Below are positions 42,022-57,000 of a stretch of DNA of 64,000 nt, one piece after another. Under the pieces are notes generated by a model. That model ran no database searches. It saw nothing but the letters and a program-made list of their open reading frames with translations, and had not been told where the DNA came from. The translations under genes were made by a program, and so were the position numbers. Each line of letters starts with the position of its first letter. Positions within the stretch are counted from its first letter, which is position 1. Source of the stretch: Diadema antillarum (taxonomy: Eukaryota); assembly GCF_040938485.1 (NCBI RefSeq), contig NW_027270981.1, positions 1,054,001-1,118,000 on the forward strand, given 5' to 3'.

Positions 42022-45000
42022 TTTTTATCTCTTCATCCATCTATCAATCCATCCATCCATCTATCTCTCCGTTTATCCATCCATATATCTATCTTTCTAT
42101 CTATTTATTTATTTATCTATCTATCTATTGTCTCCCTCCAGGTGTGGGACACCAAGGACCAGGTGTGCATGCTAACCATTCGACCCAAGACCCACAAGAT
42201 CCGTGGAGACTTGCAGGCAGCCCACTATAACACCCACTCTCGGGTGGTCGTCGTGGCAACTGACCAGATGGCCGTCCTGACGCACAGGGTCAAGTGAGCT
42301 CAAGTCACAGATCATTTCTTACCTGCACGCTCTCATTGCTACTGATTCATTTGTGTGACATGGACAATTTCAGTCAGCCTAGCTTTTATTCATTGTCGCA
42401 GCCTCTTATGTGAAAAACATTGTACATACTTTACTTACACACTCTAAAAGTACTGTATTAGATTGGTATTTTATTAAATACTATTGACCATTCATAGTGG
42501 GGTGGCTTAGTGACAAATATACTGATAATCGTGACACGCCGGACAAAAGTGTCATTTTTTCCTCAGACATTTGTATATATATGAGGATCAAAATTAGGGG
42601 GTGCTCCAAGAAATCCGCTAACAGAAAAAATGAGAAAATGCCCTTAATTTGTACATAACAATAATGTCTGAATTCAAAGACTACACACAGGGCATTCGCC
42701 AGGTTTCTGTACAATGCAATGCAATGTACATGGTTGCTAGTCTTAAAATTCAGATCCATAATACGACATATTATGTGCATGTTTACAGTAATACACCATT
42801 TTTACTGGTTTTCCTATGGTAACAGGTGGTTAATCTGTGCTGCGGACCTGAGGGAGGTGTGTTGGAATAGTCCAGTTTTCTTAAGCACCTTTTCATTAAA
42901 TAATTTCATATAATTTCTGGTAAAGGATTTTTTTAGTACTGTCTACCTCCTGTAGAGAAATGGCAAAGAGTGACATGTGACTCTGGCTCAGATACTTTAA
43001 ATCTTGGGCAATGACTGAGCCAGGTGTAGGACTATGTCACAGTTCATTTTTTCTCCCAGAACTACTAGTTTACCAGTAGAAGAGCTGCATATTCCATTGA
43101 GAACTTAAGGTTTTGGGTATTGCCTTACATATTTCCTAACAAATTTAACCCGTTTCCTCCAAAATTGTGTGAATTCCATAGGTTTAGCGCAGGGATTGCC
43201 TGGTTCCCGGAAGCAATTTTTATAGTCGGCACCTCCCCTCTTTATATGTTTCTTATTTCTTATGGGGGTATTCAAATGTTTAAAAAGGTTAAAAGTCTGT
43301 TTTCATAGATGAAGTTGAATTTAGACAATTTGAATATTTTTAAAGATATATTGATATTTGTAATTTCACTCATAAAGACTTAAAGCGGTTTGAATATTTT
43401 TGGTCTGATAGCTATGTATAGACATGTTATTAAAAAGTAAAAGCAATGTTTGATTGGTTCACATTATCCAAAGAGGGTGGGATGTAGTTGGCTGGTGAAC
43501 AAAGTCTATGGGGAAGTTTAAAAAGTTGATAGAAATGAAACAAAATCGGCATAGAGCAGAATCTAAATCACAATATAATATGACAAAATTCCCGACCCAA
43601 AGGCGGTTGATTCTATGATGCTTTATGTCAAAATACATTCCACCCAAAATACATGTGATTGATAGGAGGAAAAAGTATAGTACATTAAAAACAATATAGT
43701 TCAACTAACCCCATTAGTCCAGCAGCATAATGAAATGATTGTTAAGTTTTATCGCCTTGTCAATTGAAGATGATGTTACATAATTACAATTATCAAAGTC
43801 AGCTAGATCTACTAGTATATCAAGAAACCAAAAAGAAGGGGTGGGGTGGGGAGAGAAGAATGAAGTAAGTTATTAGTATCTGTAGTTTTGGTTTTCAGTA
43901 TATTCATTTTAATTTCCTTAATTTCTGTTTTGTGTACTAGTAATCTGCCAGGAACAAACACAAGAAAAACTTAAAGGTCCTATATATATACACTTTTGGG
44001 AGAGTGACTTGAAAAAAATGTTCAGGATATTACATTTTATGCATAATATGTGTAGGTCTGGGGGCATTTCATGAAGCATTTTGTCCGACAAGTTGTCGGA
44101 CAAATTTGCTCTCTGCCAATCAGATGCAAGGATTTCTGTAGTTTGAAACAGTTTGTCAGAAAAATATCTGACCAAACTGCTTCATGAAATGCCCCCCTGT
44201 TGCATCACAAGACATCCTACCATATACAGTTTTTACAATCAAAGCAAACATATAAAGAGATATCAGTATTTTTCTCATTAAAGCATAAATGCGGACGGTT
44301 TAGTCTGGAAACATGTTATCATAGAAATATTGTTCACATTTTGTGTTATTAACAATACTTAACATTGATTATACAGATTCATTTTTTACAGAGGTTCTTT
44401 CTATCCGTAACTCACACTTAAGAATAATTTTCAAGCACTAATTTTGGGTTTTTGCCTTTAATTATCCACAAAAAGGAGGACTCAATGCATAAAAGGTGTA
44501 TGCTTTATTTTTGGAAAATGTTGAGGAGATCAGGAAAATAATATATATAAATGTAGATTTTGGACCTGAAGGAGCAGTTGAAGCATTTTTAAGAAACAAT
44601 GCCTTGTGGCATCGTTCTTATCATCAAAAATTAATAATGACAAACTCAAATGAAAATTGGAGGGGGGAAGAAAAGATGAACATAATGACATGAGACAGCT
44701 TGGTAAAGATTGAACGCTAAAATAGACAATGCAGCCTCTTTTCTCAGTTCATACTTATCCAGAGTGTGTGCTTTCTTTCCAGTACCGGTATTATTATTTA
44801 GATAGGTTAGGGGAATCCCTTTGGATTGTGTGATACATCATTTTAAAGCTTACAGTCTGCTCTTTCAGAATCTGTCCTTAAAGGACAAGTCCACCTTCAT
44901 GCGCACGTGGATTCAGTGAATACAACAATATTAGTAGGACACATCACAGAAAGCTTGGAAAAAATCGTACAATCCGTTCAAAAGTTATGATCTTTTAAGG

Positions 45001-48000
45001 TATCTGCACAGTCGCGGCTGGATGAAAAGACTACCACAGTGTATGATGTCACATGTGCACATTCTAAGGAAAATGAAATGAGAATTTCACAAAACCATAC
45101 TTTTTGAATAAAGTTCACATAGTTTCTTTGACTTGCTACTGACGTATGTCAAGGGTAATATTATTCCCCCTGCCTTCTGAAAGAGAAGTCGAGTATCCTT
45201 TTGTAAGCGAAAATAATTTATGTTGAATTTTCTTTATTCATTCTTTATATCGTTGTACACATGTGACATTACAAGGTATAGTAGTCTTCTCATCCAGCCT
45301 CGACTGCATGAGCAGAAACTTCAAAAATTCATAACTTTAGAACAGATTGTCCAATTTTCCTCAAACTCTCACTGATGTGTTCTACTATTGTTGCTGCATT
45401 CACTCAACCCACATGCTATATAGGTGACAAATCTTTGTCTGGCTACTTTTTTGTTGATCAATTATACCAACCCTGATGGAAATCTCTTCAAATTCATAAG
45501 TTCTGAAGTCTCCTTTAAGTTTAACCAAAATCTATATATGTAGTTGCCATGGCAACATACCACTTAACACTAATGAAAAGTATTTCAAACCTCTATACAT
45601 CCCGTTGATCAGTTGCACCTATTCAAATGGAATCTCTTCCAAACTGGAAAATAGCCTCCTGTAACTAACTTCAATTAAAAACCCTAGTTTTGGGTTGCCA
45701 TGGCAACGCACAAATCAACAATTATATTTGACCCCTGGTTTATACTCTTGGTACCTTCTATACAACGTTCATATCAAATTTTGTGAAAATTGAATCTTCC
45801 TACCTGGAGAAATAAACAAAAACATGATTTTTAGAAAAAGTTCATTGACCTTTGACCTTTGACCTTTGGAAAATTCACCCCAAATTCAATCAAAATATTT
45901 TACTTGTTCTCAATATTCTTCCTGCCAAGTTTTATCCAGATTGGATATTCCTGACCTCAGAAATAGCCAACAAACCTATTTCACAAATAAAGGTCATTGA
46001 CCTTTGACCTCTGACCTCCTTCCCAGCATCAATTTTCTTGGAGCACCCTATTTTTTGAGAAGGTACATCATGAAGTACCTTTGGTGAAAAAATCATGCTT
46101 TTGTCCGCCGTGTCACGATAATTTCACTAAGCCACCCCACTATCATGGTTAGATGAAAGGATCGTGTGATACTTTTAATAGGTGTGCAACATATGGCAGT
46201 CTGTACATTGATCAGTACACACACTACTGGCCTTCTCATAAGAAGGCATTGCTGTGCCAAATACATGTACAAACAAATTCAGTTAAACAACAAATGTACA
46301 TTTTGCTTAACATTGCTAACACTAATGATATGGATATCTATCAGTAAAAAGTAATATCTTAACTTCTTTTCTTAGATCTCATGAACTACGAGAAATCCCC
46401 ATCACCCACCGGACACCCATTCTATGTGCAAAGTACAACAGCGAGTTCAAGAATGTAGTCACAACCTCTGATGCTTCGGTAAGTGAATACATGATATTGC
46501 TCCTCCAGCCGTTTTTGACGTAGACACTTTGACTTACATTGGTTTACTCTTATGCACAGCTTCTAGGACTCTTCTTGTAGTCTGTTGATCACACATTTTG
46601 AAACTCTGCCTGCAAATTAAGTTCTGATTATAGAATTTCATTCATAGGGAGAGAAAGAGATCTCCTGAATTCTGTCCTATTAGCAAATCCCTTTATATCC
46701 TGGGATGTGTTGAATATAAAAGTTATAAATAGTTGCAAAAGACCACAATCTAGATCCTAGCAGTGATACAGCTGTGTAGGATATTAATGTTTTTGTAGCT
46801 ATGTGAACAAATAAACATGTGTTGGTCATTTGACACTATCATTCTTTTTGGTCAATAGGCATTCATGATATCGGAACACGAACTTGCAAACAAGACTGTT
46901 GTTTAGCTCGGCCTTTCTTTCGTGATCACATGACAAACGATATCATGTGACTCGTTGATAAGTAGCACTCTACTCTTGCCAGTTTTATATCATTTCATTC
47001 ATTCATTTTTATAAATGCAAGTTACCCACCAAGGAAAACTAGTCAGTTACACTGTCTTGATGAGCAAGATCCACTTTTTTTTTTACCCCATGCCAGGTCG
47101 TTAAACTCTGGGACTTTGAGACTGGTCACCTGGTCTTTGAGTTTTCCCAGGCACACAACAACAATGCCATCACCACCCTGACCTTTGACAACACTGGTCG
47201 GAGGTTAATCACAGGGTCAAGGGACGGCAAGCTGAAGATATGGAACTACAACAATGGCCACTGTCTGAAAAAATTAGAAAAAGGTACAGGAATTCTTCTT
47301 GATGTTCATATATTTGAATAGAGTGTGACTTCAAAAAGTTTTGTGTTCAGTATGCACAAAACAGATTAGTCTGGGCAAAATCATTAACATCTTAAATCTG
47401 TGTGGATTGCATGGGGATGCATTATAGACATATGTCTTGATTTCTGTGGGTGTTGGTATGTAGAGCTTCTTTAACTTTGCTCACATATTCACTTGCATTG
47501 CTCATATGAAACCGTGGCTGTGAATAATCTTAATTTGTATATCAGCCAAAGAGTTCTGTTGGGTGGTTAAGAAGATGCTTAAGATGCAATATGTAGTCAC
47601 TCGCCATGCAATATATAAATAGGTAAGACTTGTGGGGTATTTACATTCATGCATCATTGTTGATATTATGGATAAGGGAAACAAAAACAATTTATTTTTC
47701 CTCAAAATACAACAAGATTGGACAATGTCATGGGTTCTTTTGCCAATTCTTTTTTTATTTAGTGTGGATATCTGACATGTATCACGTTCGGCAAATTTTA
47801 CGGGACTCGCACCAAACAAAAAAGGAAGAAAGCAAAGAAATGATAAAGTATCTAAGAGGAACAAATTTATCAAGGAGACAGCTGTATTGACATGACTCGA
47901 TCATGTGTCCGTTATTTAATATTCCCACATGAAGCTGAAGGCAGTGACGAAGTGACAGATGTGGTGTACATTGAGATGAACAAGAACCGCTACGTGATCT

Positions 48001-51000
48001 CGGTTGGCTGGGACCGATGCATCAATGTGTACACAGACTCCAGTGAGGACTTCAGACACATACAGCGACCCATGCCCAGATGGCCTGATGATGAGGTAAG
48101 AACCGATTACACAATGTGCAACCACTGAATACGTCATATATTTAGCGTGTCTAAATTTTCGCGAATTGGGACTTCCCAATGATTTCCCAAGTACTGAACG
48201 AAGAAATTAGTGTGTTTTCGTGTGTCTTTAAATTCACGAATAGCAATTGACTCGTGAAATTCGCGAAAGTAAAAACCTCGCCAAATATTCGGCGTATACA
48301 GTACTCTAGAAATGTTATGTTTGTTTTTTGTGTGGCAACATGGTACCAGGTTGTAAATTCATCTCCCTGTTTGTTATTTTCTGATTACATAGCCACATCT
48401 GCATCATGCAGTCAGGGTGGGGGGGGGGGGGGATGGGGAGGACAGAATATAGTAGCGCTATTGATTGAAATGTTTCTGTATGTTAGCAACTCAGACTGAT
48501 ACGAATGAAAATGCACAAACATGCCATTTATGTGTGCCATGATTACATGGCAACTTGCAGTGTCACAATAAAGTGCCAAGTAAAATAATGTTAATGATGT
48601 AATATTCATGATTATGCTGTTGGTGATAAATGATAATGATGATGAGGATGACAATGATGAAATTTTGATCGATAGAAAGCCAACAGACTACAGTTATCTG
48701 ATTACTACAATCTTATTTCACTCTATTACATTCAAACTATTCACAACCATTTAACCCAGAATGAAGGAATAGTAATTTGGTTTCTTCAGAAAAAAGCAAA
48801 CCACAGCCAAAATACATGTATGTCTTTTGTGGAAGAGAGTTTGAGGAAATATGAATTGTGGATGCATGTCTTGCAGCAAATTATTATGGTTGAAACTGAA
48901 AGCTGTAGGAATCATGTGAGCATATGATGTCAAGTTGGCACCATGCCCTCTCAATCTCTCCCCCATACCTTTCCCCTGGAGTCCTCCCACTTAAATTGCC
49001 ATTAGCATCTACTTGATATATTTTAAAGTCCTGTCTATTTGTTTGCCGCTTGCTCTTTCCTTCCTCATCATTCTGTGCCATGTTTAGTTTCACACTCTGT
49101 GTTCATATTTGCACACTTCTCCCATGCCCTCATTCACTTTCATATCTCTCTCTCTGTATGTACATCTGTCTGTGTGTCTGTCTATCTGTTTGTTTTCACA
49201 ACCTTTCTTGCTCTCTCTATATCTTTCTTGCTGAGATGTATGATGCATTATAAGTTGATATTGCCTTTGATATACAGTTAGGTGAAGTTTGCTATACCAT
49301 TAAAGGCTTGATCCAAACTGTAATTTCAGATGAGTCCTGATATACATTGTTGTTTGTTTTTCTAATAGCCTCAGTACTTATCAATTGGATTAAAAGTAAA
49401 TTTATGTCTGCCATTTGATTCATAATTGGCAAACCTTTCCAGAAACTCTTGTGTTAAAAACAGGTGTTTCAAATTGAAATCTCATGATATTTTGTCCAAT
49501 TTTCGTTGTGAATGAGCAGAAAAATGGTCACAAAGAGGACATCCTGTCTGTGGCAGCCTGCCCACCATCACTCCTGGCAACATCCAGTTATGACGGAGAG
49601 ATCATCGTGTGGAACCTGGTGTCTGGCTACGCCTACTCACACATCCAGAGCACCAAGTTCTATGAGGAAGAAAAAGGTGCAGGTAAGTCGAGACAGAGTA
49701 GTGAAACAGAACTATTTTTGATATCTGCATATCTTTGCTATTTATGTTTTAATTTTTACTGTTAACTTAATAGTAAATGTTGCACAAAAAATAACTTTTT
49801 TTTTCATGCTGAGCTAATATTAAGGAACTTGTCTTGTGCTGTGGATGAGAGCAGTTTTTGTACATGGATATAGACATACCTGCATTTATATGCTGTTATA
49901 TTTGCAAAGTTCTGAGTGAACAGAAATGCTCAAAAATTTCCTCACAGCAAAACATTTCACGTTTACAATATTTTTTTTTTTTCAACTGATAGACCACTAC
50001 ATCAAAATATTCATTACACTGTATTATGTCTGTATATGGTGGTTGTGTCATTAGTTACAAAATCAAAATGATTCTCCATTACATTTTGACCTTAGTGTGC
50101 ACACATCCTGCTTCAAACGACAGTGAATTGAAATACGTAAAAAAGAAAGAACAGCAACACATACACACACAAGAATGAAGGATTATCACAACATATGAAA
50201 GAAGAACCAACTTTATAATTTTGTCTCATCATTTGAATTGATATTATTGATTTGTCAGTCGATGGCGACAACAGTATCTCCAGAGTTATCTTCATTCCTT
50301 CGAGGCGAACCAACAAGGAGGCAGCACAACTCATTGCCAGTGGGCCAAGAGGTCAGTACCAGGATTTTTATTCCTACCTAGATTGTGCATGCTCAAAGAC
50401 ACTTTTTAGCAATATTTCCAGTCATAAGTATCTGAGCTAAATGATCCTACATGCTACCAGAGTCTCTGATATTGTATAGATATGAAGCTGTGATTTAATT
50501 AGGGTTTTAAAAAAAAAATGCTAAAGGTTTCGAAAGTGTGAAAATCTGTGACTAACCAGACTTACCATACTCAATATTTTCATTACACTTCCATCTCTCG
50601 TCTATTCCAGGTTGCGTTCACTTCTGGAATGTATACAACAATGGCCAGCTGTATGGAAAATTCACCTGCGTAAGTAACAAAGATTCCATTCGCAGCCTTT
50701 GTCATTTTGAAGTGTCCATATCTCATAATACAATGGTAGTAGTAGTGAATATGCTGCAGTAATTTAGAAAGACACACACACACACACAGAAAGACACGCA
50801 GACACACCCACATAATAAGCCAGTTCGTAAGGTTCCACTTTGCGCATGAGCAGAAAAAGGTCATTTGTACCAAGAGGCACGTTGGTTTTTAAATTCACTG
50901 AGATGAGCATCTCTCATATAATGATTATTCATGCAATCATTGTAAATGTTGCTTGCCAGTACATCCACCTGACAGCAAGCCTGGTATTTGGCAATATGAA

Positions 51001-54000
51001 TTTAAAACAGTTTTTGTGAATGCATTCATCGCAAAACAATGAAATGGATGCTTCCCCGACGGATGATTGACGAACCATTCTGGTCACTGCAGGTCTATGC
51101 AAGTTCCTGCATTGTTTGAACACGAATTCCATGAATTGTTAGGTTGGGCAAGCTTACCGGTACGCATAATGTCTCTTTGAAAACGATTAAAGTGCCTAAC
51201 CAACTGAGAAAAAAGAAAGGTCATTTGTACCAACGTGTCCATGAGCTAAGTACGAACTGGCTTATTAATTCAGATATTTGGAGCACTGGTCAACCTACTT
51301 TGCATATTGATACCTTAGTGGCCTCTAATCATCACACAAGGTCACTGAACTGTATCAAGCCAAAAATTTGATGAATATGGCTGTGGCTTCCTGACCTTGT
51401 CAACCTATGTGCTCTCTAGGTGGAAAAAGACATTACTATGAAGTGCAACATGATTACTTACAAGAAATTTCTATCAGAATCCATGAGGCTTTGCTTTTGA
51501 AAAGGTAATTTGACATTTCACACATGTAAGACATTTTGGTAAATTTTTGGGTGGTTACATTCTTGATCAAGAACCACAGTAGAACCACTGTAGAAGTAAG
51601 TCTTATCTCTTTTTAGGAAGCAGAGTTAGAGATTATTCATGAAATAATAAGTGCATTGCATTTGTGTTACAGGAGGAATTATTTCTGCATGTTGTGTTAG
51701 GATGAGTAGACTTGAGGAAAATAAAGCCACTTTGAAAGATATTGCATGTACATATGTCCACTCTCCATTTTCAAATCACACTCTTTTTGCAACATTACAA
51801 TTGTCTTTTGTAGATGGTGCAAGTGTTTCATTTTTCTTTTCAATTTTTTTTTTTGGCATTTGGATTCAAGGTTTCATTTTACTCATTCTCGTATTCAGGT
51901 GAAGAAGCCAGGCACATCCATCAACTGCCTTCAGCTTTCCACCGATGATCTAACTCTCTTTGTTGGAGACTCCATGGGTAAGAGTTACTTGACACTCACA
52001 GAATGAGACAACACACATTGTCTGATGAAAAAAAAGATGAGACAGGCTCACATCTGATAGAAATTGAAATGTTTCGGCATGGATAGCACTTCTGTTTCGG
52101 TATAGCTTAGTATCCCCCATCCCTCCCCATGGCTGAAATCTTAAAAAAAAACAAAAAAAGGAAGGAGAAGAAGAAGAAAAAAGTGCTGACACAATTACCT
52201 CACATACACAATTAGTAGCATCAGCGAATAAAAGGGCTTTGATAGTTGCATTAGAGGGAAAATGTGTATAACACACTGTGATGGGAGGTGCAAGTCAAGG
52301 AAATGCATGCATATTTGTTTTTGTTATGTTAATGGTAAAGGTTTATTTTATTGTGCAATAGCTAATATTTTTTAATGTATGTTTGTATATATTTGGATGT
52401 ATTCATGTTAATTCATGTAAAATATCTGCAATTCAGCCTGCGAGCTGCAATGGATGTTATCCAATAAATATCTTTCAATAATTCCATGGGGAGGTTTTCA
52501 AATTGTAAATTGTCCTATAAACAAAATATGGATATTTAGAATGGAGCTTATTTATCTGCACATGTATTTTAAATGCCAGAATGCCAGATTGAAAAAGAAT
52601 GTGATGTAAGACCTTGAGAGTCACTTGGTTTTCACATTGTTGTACACTTTTTCTTCAGATTATTATTACCTCCGCCAAGGGAGGAGGTTATGTTTTCGTT
52701 ACGGTTGGTTAGTTAGTTAGTTAGTTTGTCCGTGTGCAAAATAACTCAAAAAGCGGTTAACGGATTGGGATGAAACTTGCAGGAAAGGTTGAGAATGACA
52801 CAAGTAACAAACGATTAACTTTTGGTAGTGATCCGAAAATTTTGGGGGAATTTATGAAGAATTTTTGTTATTTTTGCAGGTAGGGTCAATGAACTTGGGA
52901 GTTCAGGCTGCGCGTATTTGAGGTTTGCATGCGCGCACTAAAGTGCGTGCTCTAGTTTCTGCTAGGGCGAGGCGCGCCATGCAGCTGAGGGTTTATGACG
53001 TAACAAAGGCTTCTATATTGGGAAATTGGGCGACTTTCAGCACACAATGCTATATAAGTACGTATGGGGGAAATCACTGATATCTCTATGGAAGAACAAG
53101 ATCAGTGGTGGAGATGAGCTGCATGCTTGGCGGAGGTCTACGCTCTCAGAGTGCTTTTCTAGTTATTATTTTCTCTCTTTTTTGTAATTGCAGGTTTCAT
53201 TTCTGTGTGGGACATTGATCACTACTGCCTTCAGAGACCTGACAACATTGAGGAACCTCCTGAGAGTGAGCTACGCCCTTTTCGCTCCAGAATTAGAAAC
53301 TTCAATAAAAATGAGTTGGGGCATGTGACATCTCTCAGACCACACTCTCTCTTCCTATGTGAAAGCAAACTCTCACAGCTATATTCAGCCAGTTTTGCTT
53401 CCTGGTCTATATTGAAGTTTGTGATTGTTTTTTTTTTCTTTCCATCCATCTACCATATTATGTAGGTTAAAGAGGTAGGGACATACATCAGCTATTCCAT
53501 TTTTTTTTAAGCATGTATTGATCTATCCTTTTATGATGATGTATCTCACAGATATGGACTTGTCTCACATGTTTTGGACTTTGCATGATGAAGAATATTC
53601 ATAATTATTAATCATTACTTAATAAGTTTCTCTCTGTGTGACTCTGTAGGAAAAAATGTAATGACAAAGATAATCCTAGCTTCCTTTCTGCTTGCTATAT
53701 ATTGAGTAATTACACGATGTAGGTGATATACACATTGTAGCTAATGTATGTAATGTACTTTGATAAAGGCATCATGTGGCTTGTATGTCAGTGAAGCATA
53801 TGAATACACAGTTGGGCCCTTTTTGCTTTTGGCATATTTTTGTTACTTATACAGACAAATGGGGAGAATATGAATCCTAGAAGCACTTTGATGTTATATT
53901 CTTTAACTTTGTGTTATTCTTTCTTGTTTGTTTGCAGTGATGGGATCATGGAGAGGCCATATTCAAAGCATCACAAGGTTTGATTTCATCTATACTTCTT

Positions 54001-57000
54001 ATTCCCATCATGTGTGTAGTAGATGGTGCCTATAAGTACAAAATGCTACTTGCAGTTAGTCAAACTCTCTAAGAAATCAATGTTATGTGCGCTCGAATTA
54101 TATACTAGGGTCTGCCATGAAACTTATCTGGCTGATGGGATTGCCAGGGTATAATGAGCTGTTTTGGAGAAGTTTAGATCAAAAATGTAAAATAATTGCG
54201 ATCATGTGCACACAACTTTTATTCCTGAAGAGCCCTCCCCATTCAGTAATGGGTAGGTAGAACATTACATGGTGATTGATCGTGCCCTAGCAATCATTTC
54301 TCAACATGCTGCGTGGGACTGACTCTCATGCGAAAAATTGATGGATATAGCTATGGCCTAATTTGTCAAGTTTCGACAATTGATTATGAAACATTACACA
54401 GCAATAATGAGCAGATATATTCCCTGATTGCAATACTGTCGGCATACCCTTTTGGTAATACTTGGCATTTTCGTCATTACCAAACTGATATTTTGTAATC
54501 GCCACATTTTTCCACACATTTCTACTACATATGCGTCCATTTTAGAGCTAAAATTGGCAGTTTTTGCAGGTGTATGGAAACTATGGATTACTGTTTATGG
54601 ATGACATTTCCTACCATTTTCCCTCTTGACTTTGTAGCATGAGCCTTGTGGAAGAGCACAGCATCCTCATCACCTCATCCCTGGATTGCACCGTCCGGGT
54701 CTGGACCACCGAGGGACACTACGTTGGTAAGAGGAACCCTCCTCTAGAGTGACTATGAGCAATCCATCGTGCCTGTTGCACCATAGCATGTGCAAGCCTC
54801 ATACCAGAGTTATGGGATGTGTTGACTTTTAGTTTATGTTGGAGCAATCACTACTTTTTGCTAAGAAGCAACTGTTCATTTGGAATGAAATATGCTTTTG
54901 TTCATTGTAGTTATGTCATATCTAGTCTGATTAATATATTTGGAAAAACTTTTCTGGATTGGATTGGAAAGGATCTGATTTGTAATCTATTTAATTATTA
55001 TTATTATCATTTTTTATTTATTTATGTATTTTTTTTGGGGGGGAGGGGATATTGTTAGAACATCACAAAGTCTGTGTTACAAATCATCAGGTCTACAAAT
55101 ACTGTCTTCTGCATCTACACTGTACTATGACAAGACATGAGATATGTAAGTCATTGCTCAATTACATATTTTACACTGGAGATATTAAAGGAGTTAAATT
55201 CCTAGTCATTGCACTGATACTAGTAATCAACCCATACAAAAATCTGACAATGACGCAATGGTGACCTCGATTCCAGGAACATTTGGTCAGGACGATCCAT
55301 GGGACGTCTTCAACCCAGCCACCTTCAAGCACCCCATGGTGCCCTACGATGTCCTCGTCGACCCCCAGAGCATGCCCAACCACCCAATCTTTGACGACAA
55401 GTCCCCCTCGGTGTCAGACTACATCTGCGACTCGCTGGACGGCAACCAGGCGGGCGGGGATGCGGAGACGGGGGATGGGGAGAGCAGCAGCCAGGGGGAG
55501 GAGGTGGAGGAGAAGGAAGAGGAGAAGAAGGTAAGAGTTAAGCTCGATGCCATTCAAGCTGAGTTGTGTGAGTTTGAAAGAAAGAAAGATGCCCTGGTAT
55601 TTGCAGAGAGATTGTGAGGTCAAAGAGAAGAGAAGGAAAGGAGGTACAATTTGAAATTAGTATCATGCAGTTTTATATTCATGTGAAAAGACTATTATGC
55701 CACATGCATGGAGAAAGAGTAGAAATTGAAAGTAAAACGACGTGCAATGCATTTTACTCTGACAAAGGTTGACAACAGTGTGGAAGATAGGAGAGAAAGT
55801 AAGTTCTGATTTTGATTTGTTACCCAACATACCACAAGTTGTGAAAGATTTTTTATTTTTTGTCTCCCTCTGTACAAATGAATTTGTAAGATATTTTCAC
55901 CCCTCTGCTTTAATAATCTCTCGCTATAATGCCAAAAGTTCACAATCACATCACAATCAATAGTCAAACGTCTTGCCGGACAGTGAAGATGAAATGCAGT
56001 AACAACATAGTTGCACAAATTCAGCACTTATGAGATAACTGAATGGTCGGTGGTGAAGACAGGTCTTAGAAAAAAAATGGAAATGAAGGTAGGATTTTGT
56101 ATGCTTGTAATCCCAAATTCATTACGAGTACAAGTAGCCTTCAGAGAGAAATCGAGGTTGAAATGTGGGAGTGAGAGGGGAGCATGATGGTAAGATGTAA
56201 GAAAGTCTGTCAAGAATGGTCAAACCAGGTCTTGCTTCTGTCACACATGAGTTTACATTTCTTCTGTAATCTGTATTAGTGAAACTTGATTGCATGCTGG
56301 AGCATTACTTAAAGCCATCTCTCTTCTCTCCCCAGATGAGTCTAGAGGAGTTTTGAGTTCACACATAGTTTGCTCTCTATCTCTCTCCCCCTCTCCAGAG
56401 TGACTCTATGACGTACGTCAGCAGTCAGGAGAAGTTTGTGTACAACGACGACATGATTGCGGCCGAACTCAGAGAGAAGCCTTTCAACAGGGGCACGGGC
56501 AAGAGGTAAGATTTCCTTGGAGAGTGGCACTCTTTATTACTGGCAGGATGACATCAGAGTCACTCCAGCTGCTGAGTAATAAGCTGAAATTTAATGTTTT
56601 GTTTGGTAGGTAGAGGGGAATTTAACCCAAATATATATGTGGATTGGGTGAATGCAGCAATTTTAGTAGAACACATCAGTGAAGTTTGAGGAAAATCAGA
56701 CAATTCCTTCAAAAGTTATGAATTTTTAAAGTATCTGTGCAGTCACTGCTGGATGAAAAGACTACTCCAGATCTTGATGGCAGATATGTAAAATGATCTG
56801 TAGAAAAAAATGCAAAGCGAATCCCTCAAAATTTCATTCTTTATGAAAAATACAAATTCCCTTGACTTGTTACTGGTATATGTTCAAACTGTGCTGAGGT
56901 ACCTGTTCCAATTGGCATCACATACCTTTCAAACTTTTCCATGCCTAATATGCTTCTGCTCATGAAAACCCTCCAAGTCTCATGATTCTTGCAAATGTTA

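Larger units (their letters stand above)
42495..46142. mobile_element. 3.65-kb non-autonomous TIR element (TAG..CTA termini, TCA 3-bp TSD; Academ-like by inference)
   Basis: TCA|tagtggggtggcttagtga..atcgtgacacg.cggacaaaag ... cttttgtccgccgtgtcacgat..tcactaagccaccccacta|TCA; no transposase ORF seen. Confidence 0.8.

Noticed and set aside
41775-42297. Three overlapping ORFs of 91-153 aa rich in SIYL/IHPS
   Set aside because: Translations of the TCTA/TCCA microsatellite; only the last ~50 codons of one frame are the real exon b.
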